Source: an uncultured Candidatus Entotheonella sp.
GTDB lineage: Bacteria > Tectomicrobia > Entotheonellia > Entotheonellales > Entotheonellaceae
DNA length: 64,000 bases
Assembly (NCBI GenBank): GCA_965217185.1
Contig: OZ244252.1
Location: forward strand, 1,920,001-1,984,000
Direction: 5' to 3'
Shown: piece after piece, positions 28,701 through 38,092 of the stretch
How positions within the stretch are numbered: the first letter of the stretch is position 1
Layout of the letters: each line of letters begins with the position of its first letter
Made by a program: the position numbers and the translations under genes
The notes under the pieces: model-generated
Database searches by the model: none
Seen by the model: only the letters and a program-made list of their open reading frames with translations
What the model was told of the DNA's origin: nothing

Positions 28701-29507
28701 GCGGTCTGGTCTCCTCCGGATGGGCCTGTGTTGTGTCGCCATTGCCGGTGCGCTGATGGCTGATGAGAGTAGGATAACGCCCTTGAGGGCGCGCGGCAAA
28801 GCAATACCTTGCCAGTACGCAGGCTCGCCGGCACTGACAGGCGTGGATGCCCGGTTCACGGCAGGATAAGATGACTGGGGCAGTCGCCGGTTACAGCCTG
28901 CCGGTGGGCAGCGTCCACAGCTTGGTAACCGCCGCCGCTTCGCTGATGGAGATGCAGGTTGCCGGGGGCTGGCAGTCGCCGGCCATGCCGGGGCGAGGCT
29001 GCGATACGGCATGAAGAGGTTACGCAACACCTCCTAACACATTCGGGCCCATTTTTATTCGTGTGTGCCAGGTTGAACACGGGTCATGTCTCCATAAGGT
29101 CTGCAACAGAGCCCGAAGGCTGCGGAGGAGCGCGCGACGTCAGGCGACTATTCGGCGAGTGTCAAGACAACGGGTCGGGTATCGGCCGGCGGTTCGGCCA
29201 CGGTCAAGGTCGAGACGCACACGATTCCGCCATGCTGAACCGCCACGCGAGCTGCGCGGTTGAGGAAGTCACGTCCCCCATATATCCATCGGCACGTGTG
29301 GGGTATATTATTGTCCCCTTGCGCCATCGTACCCTTGTCAGTCGAAGACGGTGCCGGGCCGTTGCGGCCTTGCCGCAGAGCAAGCCAGGCATCTCCCGCC
29401 GGCTTGCGCCTGCGTCGGCGCTGCGCCTTGCAGGCAGATGGTTCGGCGGAGGCGATGCAGGAGCCCCAGACCCAGACCGGACGAGGCTGTTGCAAGGACT
29501 GTGGGAT

Positions 29508-29537
29508 GTCGGATTACGCTGCGCTGATCCGACCTAC
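29508..29537 (-). repeat. GTAG-type REP palindrome, copy 3
   Basis: Minus strand GTAGGTCGGATCAGCGCAGCGTAATCCGAC. Confidence 0.8.
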
Positions 29538-29654
29538 GTTTTGAACCGAAAATGTTCGGTTTCTGGCACAATCCAAATACACACGAATTCTGGCCTTTTG
29601 GACAGAAATTCTGTGTTGTCACAAGCGGCGTGCAATACGGAAGGAACGCAATCC

Positions 29655-31037
29655 ATGCAGGACGAACCCACCAGCTTACGTATCGAGGACCCGGGCATTC
29701 GGAGCCTGTTCTCGGAGGCGGCGCGCTACCAGGCGTGGCTGGACGTCGAAGCCGCCCTGGCGCAGGCGCAAGCGGAACTCGACATCATCCCGGCAGAAGC
29801 GGCGGCGGAGATCACCCGCAAGGCGAAACTTTCGTACCTCGACATGGACGCCGTCCGGGAGGGTCTGGCGCGCACCGGGCACCCCCTGGTGCCGCTGGTC
29901 TGGGAGCTGGACCGGGTATGCGACGGTGACGCCGGCGGCTACGTGCACTGGGGCGCAACGACGCAGAACATCACGCAGACCGGACAACTGCTGCTGGTGC
30001 GTCGGGCGCATACGATCTTCCTCACCCAAATCGCCGCCCTGCTCAACCTGCTGGCCGACCTCGCCGAGGAGACCAAGGACGCCCTGCTGCCGGGTCGAAC
30101 GCATGGCCAGCACGCGGTTCCAGCGACTTTCGGCTACAAGGTGGCGGTATGGATCGACGAGTTGTGCCGCCACGTGGAACGCCTGCGCGGCTGCGAGGAG
30201 CGCGTCTTCGTCGCCATGTTGGGCGGCGGTGCCGGCACGCTGGCGTCGTTGGGCGAGCTGGGGCTGCCGACGCAGGCGTTGATGGCGCAGCGTCTTGGCA
30301 TGACGCCCATGCCGGTGCCGTCGCGCACCTTGGGCGACCATCAGGCAGAGTACGTGAGCCTGCTCGGCCTGCTTGCTGCCACCTGCAGCAAAATCGGGCG
30401 GGAAATTTACACGCTCATGAAGCAGGAATTCGGCGAGGTGGAGGAGCCGGTACCGACGGGCACGGTGGGCAGCAGCACGATGCCGCAAAAACGCAATCCC
30501 AAGCTGGCGCAGGACGTCGTGGCGGCGGCGGCGCAGGTGCGCGCCCTGGTGCCGTTGGCGCTGGAGGCCATGCAGACCGAGCACGAGGCCGACCGCACGA
30601 CCAGCGTCATGATGCAGCGCGCCATCAGCGAGGCGTGCGGCCTGACGGGCGATATCCTGCAACGGCTCATCGCGCTGTTCTCGGGCCTGCAGGTTTTTCC
30701 CGAACGCATGCGCCGCAACCTCGACCTGAGCGGCGGCCTGATCATGGCGGAGGCGCTGATGCTCGAACTCGGCCAGCAGATGGGCCGGCAGCGGGCGCAC
30801 GACGTCATCTACGATCTGGCGCAGGCCGCGGTGACCGAGGAACAGTCATTTCAAGAATTGTTGGCCGCCGATCCTGCGGTCCGGGGTCACCTGAGCGACG
30901 AGCAGGTCGCCGCCCTGCTGGATCCGGGCCGCTACACCGGCATGTGCCGTCATTTCGCCGAGCAGGGCGCCATCCAGGCCCGCGAGACCGCGGCGGCAAT
31001 CGGCCGTCGCACCATCACCGAACGACCCTCAATTTGA
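29655..31037 (+). CDS. Adenylosuccinate lyase / 3-carboxy-cis,cis-muconate cycloisomerase family lyase
   Basis: VHWGATTQN, GRTHGQHA and the GSSTMPQKRNP fumarate-lyase signature. Confidence 0.9.
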   Translation: MQDEPTSLRIEDPGIRSLFSEAARYQAWLDVEAALAQAQAELDIIPAEAAAEITRKAKLSYLDMDAVREGLARTGHPLVPLVWELDRVCDGDAGGYVHWGATTQNITQTGQLLLVRRAHTIFLTQIAALLNLLADLAEETKDALLPGRTHGQHAVPATFGYKVAVWIDELCRHVERLRGCEERVFVAMLGGGAGTLASLGELGLPTQALMAQRLGMTPMPVPSRTLGDHQAEYVSLLGLLAATCSKIGREIYTLMKQEFGEVEEPVPTGTVGSSTMPQKRNPKLAQDVVAAAAQVRALVPLALEAMQTEHEADRTTSVMMQRAISEACGLTGDILQRLIALFSGLQVFPERMRRNLDLSGGLIMAEALMLELGQQMGRQRAHDVIYDLAQAAVTEEQSFQELLAADPAVRGHLSDEQVAALLDPGRYTGMCRHFAEQGAIQARETAAAIGRRTITERPSI

Positions 31038-31054
31038 TCAGGAGAAACCGAGTC

Positions 31055-31945
31055 ATGGCCAGTCCCGAACTTACCGACCTCATTACCCTGCTGAAGTCCA
31101 GGCCCGTGGTGGAAAATCCACCGGTGGCCGACATGCGAAAGGGCTTCGACGTTCTGGCGTCCAAATTCCCCCTCACACCGGAATTCACCTTCACCCGCAT
31201 CGACGCTGGCGGTGTGCCGGCCGCCTGGGTTGAAGCCCCCGGCGCCGACTCTGGGCGCACCCTGCTGTACCTGCACGGCGGCGGGTATGTCATCGGCTCC
31301 ATCGACACGCACCGCGAATTGGCCGGTCGGCTGTCGCAGGCCGCCGCGGCGCGCGTGCTCATCATTGACTACCGACTCGCGCCCGAGTACCCGTACCCCG
31401 CTGCGGTCGAGGACGCGGCTGCAGCCTACCGCTGGATGTTGGCCAACGGTGCCGATCCGGCCCGTGCGGTCATTGCCGGCGATTCGGCGGGCGGCGGCCT
31501 GACGGTGGCCACCATGCTTGCCCTGCGCGAATCGGGCGATCCGCTGCCGGCCGCCGGCGTGTGCTTGTCCCCATGGGTGGACATGGAAGGCATCGGCGAT
31601 TCCATGACCGGCAAGGCGGACGTTGATCCCATGGTGCGGCATGAGGGACTGGTGCGCATGGCGAGCCTTTACCTGAACGGCGCCGACCCGCGCACGCCGT
31701 TGGCGGCGCCCCTTTACGCCGACTTGAGCGGTCTGCCGCCATTGCTGATTCACGTCGGCACCGCCGAAACGCTGCTGGATGACGCCGTCCGCCTCGCCGA
31801 CCGCGCCAAAGCGGCCGGCGTGGACGTCACCTTCGAGTCATGGGACGACATGATTCACGTCTGGCATATCTTCGCGCCGCTGCTCCCCGAAGGGCAGCAG
31901 GCCATCGAGCGGGTGGGCGCGTACGTGCGCCAGCGGGCGGCGTAG
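31055..31945 (+). CDS. HSL-family esterase (alpha/beta hydrolase)
   Basis: HGGG, DYRLAPE, GDSAGG and MIHVW motifs. Confidence 0.92.
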   Translation: MASPELTDLITLLKSRPVVENPPVADMRKGFDVLASKFPLTPEFTFTRIDAGGVPAAWVEAPGADSGRTLLYLHGGGYVIGSIDTHRELAGRLSQAAAARVLIIDYRLAPEYPYPAAVEDAAAAYRWMLANGADPARAVIAGDSAGGGLTVATMLALRESGDPLPAAGVCLSPWVDMEGIGDSMTGKADVDPMVRHEGLVRMASLYLNGADPRTPLAAPLYADLSGLPPLLIHVGTAETLLDDAVRLADRAKAAGVDVTFESWDDMIHVWHIFAPLLPEGQQAIERVGAYVRQRAA

Positions 31946-31952
31946 GCCGTTG

Positions 31953-31981
31953 TTGACAGGCCAACGGACGTTCACTAGCAT
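31953..31981 (+). promoter_or_regulatory. Sigma-70 promoter of selC
   Basis: TTGACA-17 nt-TAGCAT, 34 nt upstream of the tRNA. Confidence 0.75.
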
Positions 31982-32015
31982 GGGCGCCCTATCTGAACCT
32001 GCCGCAACATGGCGT

Positions 32016-32112
32016 GGAAGCGTATCGGTGCTGGTGTGCCGCCTGGACTTCAAATCCAGTGACCGGGGCTAATAACTTCGGAGGTGGGTTCGACTCCCAC
32101 ACGCTTCCGCCA
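32016..32112 (+). tRNA. selC: tRNA-Sec (anticodon UCA)
   Basis: 97 nt; 8-bp acceptor GGAAGCGT/ACGCTTCC, 6-bp D stem with 4-nt loop, CTGGA-CTTCAAA-TCCAG anticodon arm (TCA 32050-32052), long variable arm, 5-bp T stem, G discriminator plus CCA. Confidence 0.96.
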
Positions 32113-32181
32113 CTCTTCCTGATACCGCCGACACCACACGTGGCGAGTTGGATCTCCTCAACACGGCACTGGAGGGCGATC

Positions 32182-33606
32182 ATGAACACAGGCAGACATG
32201 GACCCGGTACATGCAGTCACCACAGCATTGTTCGTTGGACCTCGACGGTAAAAATCTTAGTGGCGGCGTGCGGCCTTTTGTTGCTGGCGTCGACCGCTTA
32301 CGCCGCCATCGACGAGGAATCCCAATTCGTCCTGAATACGTTCTCGTTCCTCATCTGGGGGGCGCTGGTGATGTGGATGTGCGCCGGCTTCGCCATGCTG
32401 GAGTCCGGCTCCGTGCGCACCAAGAACGCCTCCGCCATCTGCCTGAAGAACATCGGGTTGTATTCGGTCGCGGGGCTGACGTATTACCTGATCGGCTACA
32501 ACCTCATGTACACCGACGTCGGCTCGTGGATCGGCTCCGTCACCTTCCTCTACGGCCCGTCGGCGGACGAGTTGGCGTTGCTGTCGGGGGACGAAACGGC
32601 AAAGGCATCCGTCATCAAGCAAAACTACGCCACCATGTCGGACTGGTTTTTTCAGATGGTCTTCGTGGCTACGGCCGCCTCGGTGGTTTCCGGCGCCCTG
32701 GCCGAACGTGTCAAACTTTGGTCCTTCCTGACTTTTACGACCCTTTTAACGGCCATTGTATACCCCATTGTCGGCGCCTGGACGTGGGGCGGCGGATGGC
32801 TCAACCAAATGGGGTTTCAGGACTTCGCCGGCTCCACCATCGTGCATTCGACGGGCGGCTGGGCGGCGCTGGCCGGCATCATGGTCGTGGGACCGCGGGC
32901 GGGCAAATTCCGCAGCAACGGCAGCGTCAAGGTCACGCCGCCCTCGAACGTGCCGCTCGTCACCCTCGGCGTGCTCATCCTGTGGTTCGGATGGCTCGGC
33001 TTCAACGGCGGCTCTCAGCTCGCGCTGGGCAGCGTGAGCGACGCCGTGGCAATGAGCAACGTGCTGGTGAACACCAACTTGGCAGCAGCGTCGGGGGTTG
33101 TGACCGCGCTCCTCATATCGCGTCCCCTGTTCGGGCGCGTTGATCTGCTGATTATCCTCAACGGCGCGATCGGCGGCCTCGTCTCCATTACGGCAGGCCC
33201 GGACATCGTGACGCCGCATTGGGCAGTGATCATCGGCGCGCTCGGCGGCTTGCTGTGCGCCGGCGGCACCAAGCTGTTGGAAATCGTGAAGCTTGACGAC
33301 GTGGTCGGCGCGGTGCCGGCGCACCTGTTTGCCGGTATCTGGGGCACCCTGGCGGTCTGCATCGCGGCCGGCGGCAAGTTCGGCGTGCAGCTTCTCGGCG
33401 TGGTCGCGGTGGGTGTGTTCGTATTCGGGATTTCCTGGTTGATGTGGATGGCGCTGAAGCTCGGCATGGGTGTGCGGGTCTCACCGTCCGTCGAAGAAAT
33501 CGGTCAGGACGCGATGGAGCTGGGCCTCGAAGCCTACCCCGAATTCGTGCTCATGCCCGACCCGGATCATGTAGAGGAACTACGTAACAGTAGCGGAGGA
33601 AATTAA
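32182..33606 (+). CDS. amt: Ammonium transporter (start approximate)
   Basis: GFAMLESG, FFQMVF, DFAGSTIVH, LWFGWLGFNGGS and DDVVGAVPAH motifs. Confidence 0.95.
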   Translation: MNTGRHGPGTCSHHSIVRWTSTVKILVAACGLLLLASTAYAAIDEESQFVLNTFSFLIWGALVMWMCAGFAMLESGSVRTKNASAICLKNIGLYSVAGLTYYLIGYNLMYTDVGSWIGSVTFLYGPSADELALLSGDETAKASVIKQNYATMSDWFFQMVFVATAASVVSGALAERVKLWSFLTFTTLLTAIVYPIVGAWTWGGGWLNQMGFQDFAGSTIVHSTGGWAALAGIMVVGPRAGKFRSNGSVKVTPPSNVPLVTLGVLILWFGWLGFNGGSQLALGSVSDAVAMSNVLVNTNLAAASGVVTALLISRPLFGRVDLLIILNGAIGGLVSITAGPDIVTPHWAVIIGALGGLLCAGGTKLLEIVKLDDVVGAVPAHLFAGIWGTLAVCIAAGGKFGVQLLGVVAVGVFVFGISWLMWMALKLGMGVRVSPSVEEIGQDAMELGLEAYPEFVLMPDPDHVEELRNSSGGN

Positions 33607-34397
33607 TGGATTACGGCATCAAGGGGCGAGTCGCGTTGGTGGCGGCTTCGAGCAAGGGGCTGGGCAAGGCATGCGCCATGGGTCTGGCGCGCGAGGGGGC
33701 GAAAGTCGCGCTTTGCGCCCGCAACGACGACGAGTTGCAAAAGGCCGCCCAGGAGATTCAATCGGCCACCGGCGCCGAGGTGTTTGCACAGACGGCCGAC
33801 ATGAGCCGGCCGGACGACATCGAAAGTCTGATCGGAGCGGCGCGGGAACATTTCGGGCGCATCGACATTCTGGTCACCAACGCCGGCGGACCGCCGCCGG
33901 GACAATTCATGGACTTCGCCGACGACGACTGGCTGGCAGCACTGAACCTGAACCTGCTTAGCACCATCCGGCTGATTCGCGGCGTCATGCCGCAGATGCA
34001 GGCGCAGCAGTGGGGCCGCATCGTCAACATCACCTCGGTGACGGTCAAGCAGCCGTTTGAGGCGCTGCTGCTCTCCAATGTGGCACGCGCCGGGGTGGTC
34101 ACCTTGTCCAAGACGCTCTCCAACCAACTGGCGAAGGACAACGTGCTGATCAACACCGTGTGCCCGGGGATCATCCTGACCGACCGCGTGAAACAGGTCA
34201 CGCACAACATGGCCGAGACGCAGGGGATCAGCGAGGACGAGGCGCTGCAGGCGTACGTGTCGCCCATTCCCATGGGGCGCGCCGGACAGCCCGCCGAGTT
34301 TGCCGACTTGGTCGTTTTTCTGAGCTCGGAGCGCTGCAGCTACATCACGGGCACCGTCACCCAGATCGACGGGGGCTTCGTGAAGGGGTATTACTGA
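33606..34397 (+). CDS. SDR-family oxidoreductase
   Basis: AASSKGLG, NAGGPP, SNVAR and IDGG motifs. Confidence 0.9.
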   Translation: MDYGIKGRVALVAASSKGLGKACAMGLAREGAKVALCARNDDELQKAAQEIQSATGAEVFAQTADMSRPDDIESLIGAAREHFGRIDILVTNAGGPPPGQFMDFADDDWLAALNLNLLSTIRLIRGVMPQMQAQQWGRIVNITSVTVKQPFEALLLSNVARAGVVTLSKTLSNQLAKDNVLINTVCPGIILTDRVKQVTHNMAETQGISEDEALQAYVSPIPMGRAGQPAEFADLVVFLSSERCSYITGTVTQIDGGFVKGYY

Positions 34398-35365
34398 TCG
34401 GGCATGGCCTGCAGCAGCATGGCGTAGAGCAGCGGCAGCATGATCTCGTGATGCCCGGTGAGCGTGTAGCCGCGGCCGCCGTCCTGGGTCGGGCGGCGCA
34501 CGACGTTGGCGTCGGTGCGGTAATGCTGCAGCATGTCCAGGTTGACGGTGATGAAGCGCTCGACCGCGTGACCGGTGTTGCGGCACAGGGTCAGCGCTTT
34601 GAGGAAGACCTCGGGCAGGAGCACGGCGGAGCCGACGTTCCAGTAGCAGCCGCCGTCGTGGAGGCCGCGCAGGAGCAGGGTCAGGCGCTGGAAATCCGCA
34701 TAGGTCGCAGCGCCGAGCAGGGCGGCGTCGGTACTGGGGTGCATGTGGATGGTGTCGGCGCCGATAGCCACGTGCACCGTCACCGGCACCCGGCAGGCAT
34801 GCGCGGCGGCGAGAAGGCTGTGGGCTTTGTGCGGATAGTCCTCTTCGGCGATTGCTTGCCCCAGCGCGGCGCCGATGCCAAGGCGGCCCGCGTCATACGC
34901 TTTCAGGGCCTCGTTGATCAGGCGGGGAGTCTCCTCCACCATGCCGAAAGCGCCGGAACCGAGCCCTTGCGCGACGTCCTCGGACGTCGCGCCGATCAGC
35001 GCCACCTCGAGGTCGTGAATGATCCCGGCGCCGTTCAGGACAAGGCCGCTCAACCAGCCGCGCTGCATCATGTCGATGAGGATCGGGTTGAGGCCGCACT
35101 TGATGACGTGGGCGCCCATGGCCAGGATGACGGCCCGCCCGCGCTGGTGCGCGGCCACGAAGCCATCGACGATGTCGGCGATGTCCAGGCCCTTCAGCAG
35201 GCGCGGAAACAGGGCGCGCAGATCGCCGTTGGATTGCCAAGCCTGCGGATCGACGAAATCGGCCACGTGCACCTTGTGCTGCCGGTCTCGCACCGAAACC
35301 GTGCGTACCCGTTGCAAGGCTTGCAGGTCTTCCGGCGTTACTGGACGAACAGGCTGGCGAGGCAT
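34391..35365 (-). CDS. Deoxyhypusine-synthase-like conserved protein
   Basis: MGAHVIK, NGAGIIHD, VAIGADTIH, GSAVLLPEVF and GHHEIM motifs. Confidence 0.7.
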   Translation of the reverse strand: MPRQPVRPVTPEDLQALQRVRTVSVRDRQHKVHVADFVDPQAWQSNGDLRALFPRLLKGLDIADIVDGFVAAHQRGRAVILAMGAHVIKCGLNPILIDMMQRGWLSGLVLNGAGIIHDLEVALIGATSEDVAQGLGSGAFGMVEETPRLINEALKAYDAGRLGIGAALGQAIAEEDYPHKAHSLLAAAHACRVPVTVHVAIGADTIHMHPSTDAALLGAATYADFQRLTLLLRGLHDGGCYWNVGSAVLLPEVFLKALTLCRNTGHAVERFITVNLDMLQHYRTDANVVRRPTQDGGRGYTLTGHHEIMLPLLYAMLLQAMPDQ

Positions 35366-35448
35366 GTTGGAATGCTCCATACACAGGATCACTAGGGGAA
35401 CGGCTGCGGGGCATTATAGCAACACGGCGGCGCAACGCGTTCAGATAT

Positions 35449-35478
35449 GTAGGTCGGATTAACGCCGCGTAATCCGAC
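35449..35478 (+). repeat. GTAG-type REP palindrome, copy 4
   Basis: GTAGGTCGGATTAACGCCGCGTAATCCGAC. Confidence 0.8.
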
Positions 35479-35520
35479 AGTCCACTGCGTCCACCTCCAT
35501 ATCCGATAAGGCAGTGTTTT

Positions 35521-35934
35521 GTGAATCATCCCTCACAAGCAAGTGACAAGAAGCTGAAACTCTCGGCCCTTCAGCAAGCCATCCTGCACTGGCTACGGCG
35601 GGAGCAGCGCCGTCGGCCACAGCTTGCGGACGGCAACGGCATCCCCTACCCCGACCTCGCGCGCGCCCTCAGTGTTGACCGCGCCGAGTTGTCCGCCTGC
35701 CTCCTCCGTCTCATCCGCAAGCGGCTCGTCGTGGCCACCCTGCCGCGCGGCGCCTGGGTGCGCTACATCGCTCTGACCGACAAGGGAGAAGCCAAACCTC
35801 ATCAGGACACACCCAAGGAACACAAGGAATACCGCGACCCATCGGACCGGTGGGACCGCGAGGGCCGTCCGCGCCGCAAGGTCAGGACCCGCCGTCGCGA
35901 CCCCCGGACACCCCTGACCGAATTGGACATGTGA
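35521..35934 (+). CDS. Winged-helix (MarR-like) protein with basic tail
   Basis: LSALQQAIL...DLARALSVDRAELSACLLRLIRKRLV...IALTDKG. Confidence 0.6.
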   Translation: MNHPSQASDKKLKLSALQQAILHWLRREQRRRPQLADGNGIPYPDLARALSVDRAELSACLLRLIRKRLVVATLPRGAWVRYIALTDKGEAKPHQDTPKEHKEYRDPSDRWDREGRPRRKVRTRRRDPRTPLTELDM

Positions 35935-35935
35935 G

Positions 35936-36697
35936 ATGGAAGCTACCGCCAACCGCAGGCTGACCCTGTTACATACGGCGGACGTACACCTCGACAACTG
36001 GCCCCAGGGCACGGCGGAGCCGCCCGGCGCCCATCGTGGCTTCGAGGCCATCATCGACCGCGCCCTCGATATGCAGGTCGACATCGTCCTCATCGCCGGT
36101 GACCTCTTCGATCACAACCGCGTTGCCGACGGCACCATCGCCTTTGCGCAGAACCAATTGCGGCGTCTGCGCTGCCCCGCCGTCATTCTGCCGGGCAACC
36201 ATGATTGCCTGCATCCCAACGGCATTTACCATCGCCACGACTTCGGTACGGCGTGCGGCAACGTGCGCGTCATCACCGAGCTGGACGGCCAAACCATCGC
36301 ATTTCCTGAACTCGATCTGGTTATCTGGGGGCGGGGCATGGAAGCGCACGAACCTGGTTTTCATCCGCTGGCCCACATCCCCGCGCGGCACGACGGACGC
36401 TGGCACGTGGCCATGGCGCACGGATTTTTCTACGAAGACTTCGAGCAGCCCGAACGTTCATCGCCGATTCTTGCTGCCGAGATTCGCCAGACCGACTGGG
36501 ATTACGTCGCCATGGGCCACAAACACGTCACGGCCGACCACAGCCAGGAAGGTGTTGCGGCCTGGTACCCCGGCACACCCTTACCGGAGTGGAGCGCCGC
36601 CCCGCCGGGACACGTCCTGCTGGTTGAGTGCTGCCCCGAGCACGGTGTCATCGTGCAGCCGCAACAGGTCGCAGGAACATACAGGGACCGCGCATGA
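35936..36697 (+). CDS. Calcineurin-like metallophosphoesterase, SbcD/Mre11-like
   Basis: ADVHL, AGDLFD, PGNHD, AHG and MGHKH motifs. Confidence 0.85.
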   Translation: MEATANRRLTLLHTADVHLDNWPQGTAEPPGAHRGFEAIIDRALDMQVDIVLIAGDLFDHNRVADGTIAFAQNQLRRLRCPAVILPGNHDCLHPNGIYHRHDFGTACGNVRVITELDGQTIAFPELDLVIWGRGMEAHEPGFHPLAHIPARHDGRWHVAMAHGFFYEDFEQPERSSPILAAEIRQTDWDYVAMGHKHVTADHSQEGVAAWYPGTPLPEWSAAPPGHVLLVECCPEHGVIVQPQQVAGTYRDRA

Positions 36698-37527
36698 ATG
36701 CCAAGCTGTGCAAAACGTTCATCCTCGCCATTGCCTTGACAATCGCAGGCTGCGAAAAACACCCGGTGCAATCCGCATTTGAGCTCGACCCGATTGTCCA
36801 TCCAGCCTCCGGGCGCATCGTCTTCAACCGTATGTGCGCAGACGAAAATCCGTACAGCGTCCAGGCATACACCCGCATGGCGTCGAAAGACGGCCGGGCG
36901 CAGGCGGTGGCGGCCTTCTGGGCAGGTTACCGGGCAACGGGCGGCAGGACGGTGTACATCGAACTCAGGCTTCACAGGCTGAAACTGAACGCCGGGGCGG
37001 GATGGGAAAACGCAGACTACTCGACCCGGCTCATCGGGCGCGCCGGGCAGCGCATCGTGGAAGGACCGAAGGTGCGGCACTACTTCCACGACGCCGACGG
37101 ACAGGAGCCGGTCTACAGGAACTTCCGTACCGATGCGACAGGAGCAGCCGACTGGATCACGTTCATCGAACCCGATGACAGGCGCGAGGACGCCGATCGC
37201 TTCTACCGCATGGGGCCGGAACTGGACTTCAAGGCCCGAGACCTGCAGGTAGACAGCCCACAGCAAGAGATTGAACTGACGCTGACACTGGAGAACGAGG
37301 CAAACGGAGAGACTTTGGAACTCCAGGGGCCCCGGCTCCGGGTGCCGGGGCCCCTGTGGGCCATGACGCCCCCCACGCCCCAGACCCTCGGGTTAGCGCA
37401 GGTGCTGAATCCGCTCCAGGAAGGCGGCCTGTTCAACACTGTGGGACGGGCCTGGAAATACCGTAAGTGCATCGAGGAACGACGGGCCGCCAAGCGGACG
37501 CTCGGCCCGTATACGGGGGTAAAGTGA
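36694..37527 (+). CDS. Hypothetical lipoprotein
   Basis: Signal peptide with IAGC lipobox; ATGA overlap with the upstream stop. Confidence 0.65.
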   Translation: MNAKLCKTFILAIALTIAGCEKHPVQSAFELDPIVHPASGRIVFNRMCADENPYSVQAYTRMASKDGRAQAVAAFWAGYRATGGRTVYIELRLHRLKLNAGAGWENADYSTRLIGRAGQRIVEGPKVRHYFHDADGQEPVYRNFRTDATGAADWITFIEPDDRREDADRFYRMGPELDFKARDLQVDSPQQEIELTLTLENEANGETLELQGPRLRVPGPLWAMTPPTPQTLGLAQVLNPLQEGGLFNTVGRAWKYRKCIEERRAAKRTLGPYTGVK

Positions 37528-37637
37528 AGAGATGGCGGGTGAAGCTCATCGAGCGACGAGTTGTGTCCAATGAGTGCCTAATGCGATGTGGGTTGCTGGA
37601 AAATCGCTGAGGGGTATTGAGTCATTATCGACTGTCT

Positions 37638-38075
37638 TCACCATCCCAAAATAAACGAATTGCGCAGCAGGGCAACGGTTTCGCCGTCCTGATTGATCAC
37701 CGTGGTTTCCCGCACCACGAAACGCATGGTGCCAGAGCGGCCCGTCTTCTCATAGAGGTCGGCGAGACGGGTCGTGTAGGTCAGCGTATCGCCGGGATAG
37801 ACGGGACGGTAGAAGGTACAGTCGTAGCCGGCATTGATACCGATGCCCTGGATCGCCATTTCGGGCGGGGCGATGGGTCCGGCACCATGCCAAGTGACGA
37901 ACGTGGGCAACGCGATGATGTCGCGGTAGCCTTGGGCACGGGCCGCTGCCGCGTCCACGTGCACCGGATTCCTACTTCCGAGAATACTGGCGTAGTCGAG
38001 GAGTTTCTGGCGCGTGACGTGTTGCTCGGAGCGGCTGAAGATTTTTCCCACCAGGCCGCGGTCCCAGTTGACCAT
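37638..38075 (-). CDS. MaoC/hotdog dehydratase N-terminal-type protein
   Basis: NPVHVD, GYRDIIALPTF, FYRPVYPGD and YEKTGRSG motifs. Confidence 0.85.
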   Translation of the reverse strand: MVNWDRGLVGKIFSRSEQHVTRQKLLDYASILGSRNPVHVDAAAARAQGYRDIIALPTFVTWHGAGPIAPPEMAIQGIGINAGYDCTFYRPVYPGDTLTYTTRLADLYEKTGRSGTMRFVVRETTVINQDGETVALLRNSFILGW

Positions 38076-38092
38076 CGTTTCTCTTCCCACCC

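Noticed and set aside
28959..29654. 232-aa N-terminal extension of the lyase ORF (similarly 30149-31054 for the esterase)
   Set aside because: The lyase extension crosses a REP and the esterase extension lies inside the lyase gene. RBS-supported ATGs exist at 29655 and 31055.
32016..32112. selC as the integration site of a genomic island
   Set aside because: No integrase is adjacent and I saw no duplicated tRNA 3' end in the window.
32014..32181. N-terminal extension of amt in the ORF track
   Set aside because: It overlaps tRNA-Sec; Amt-like sequence begins later.
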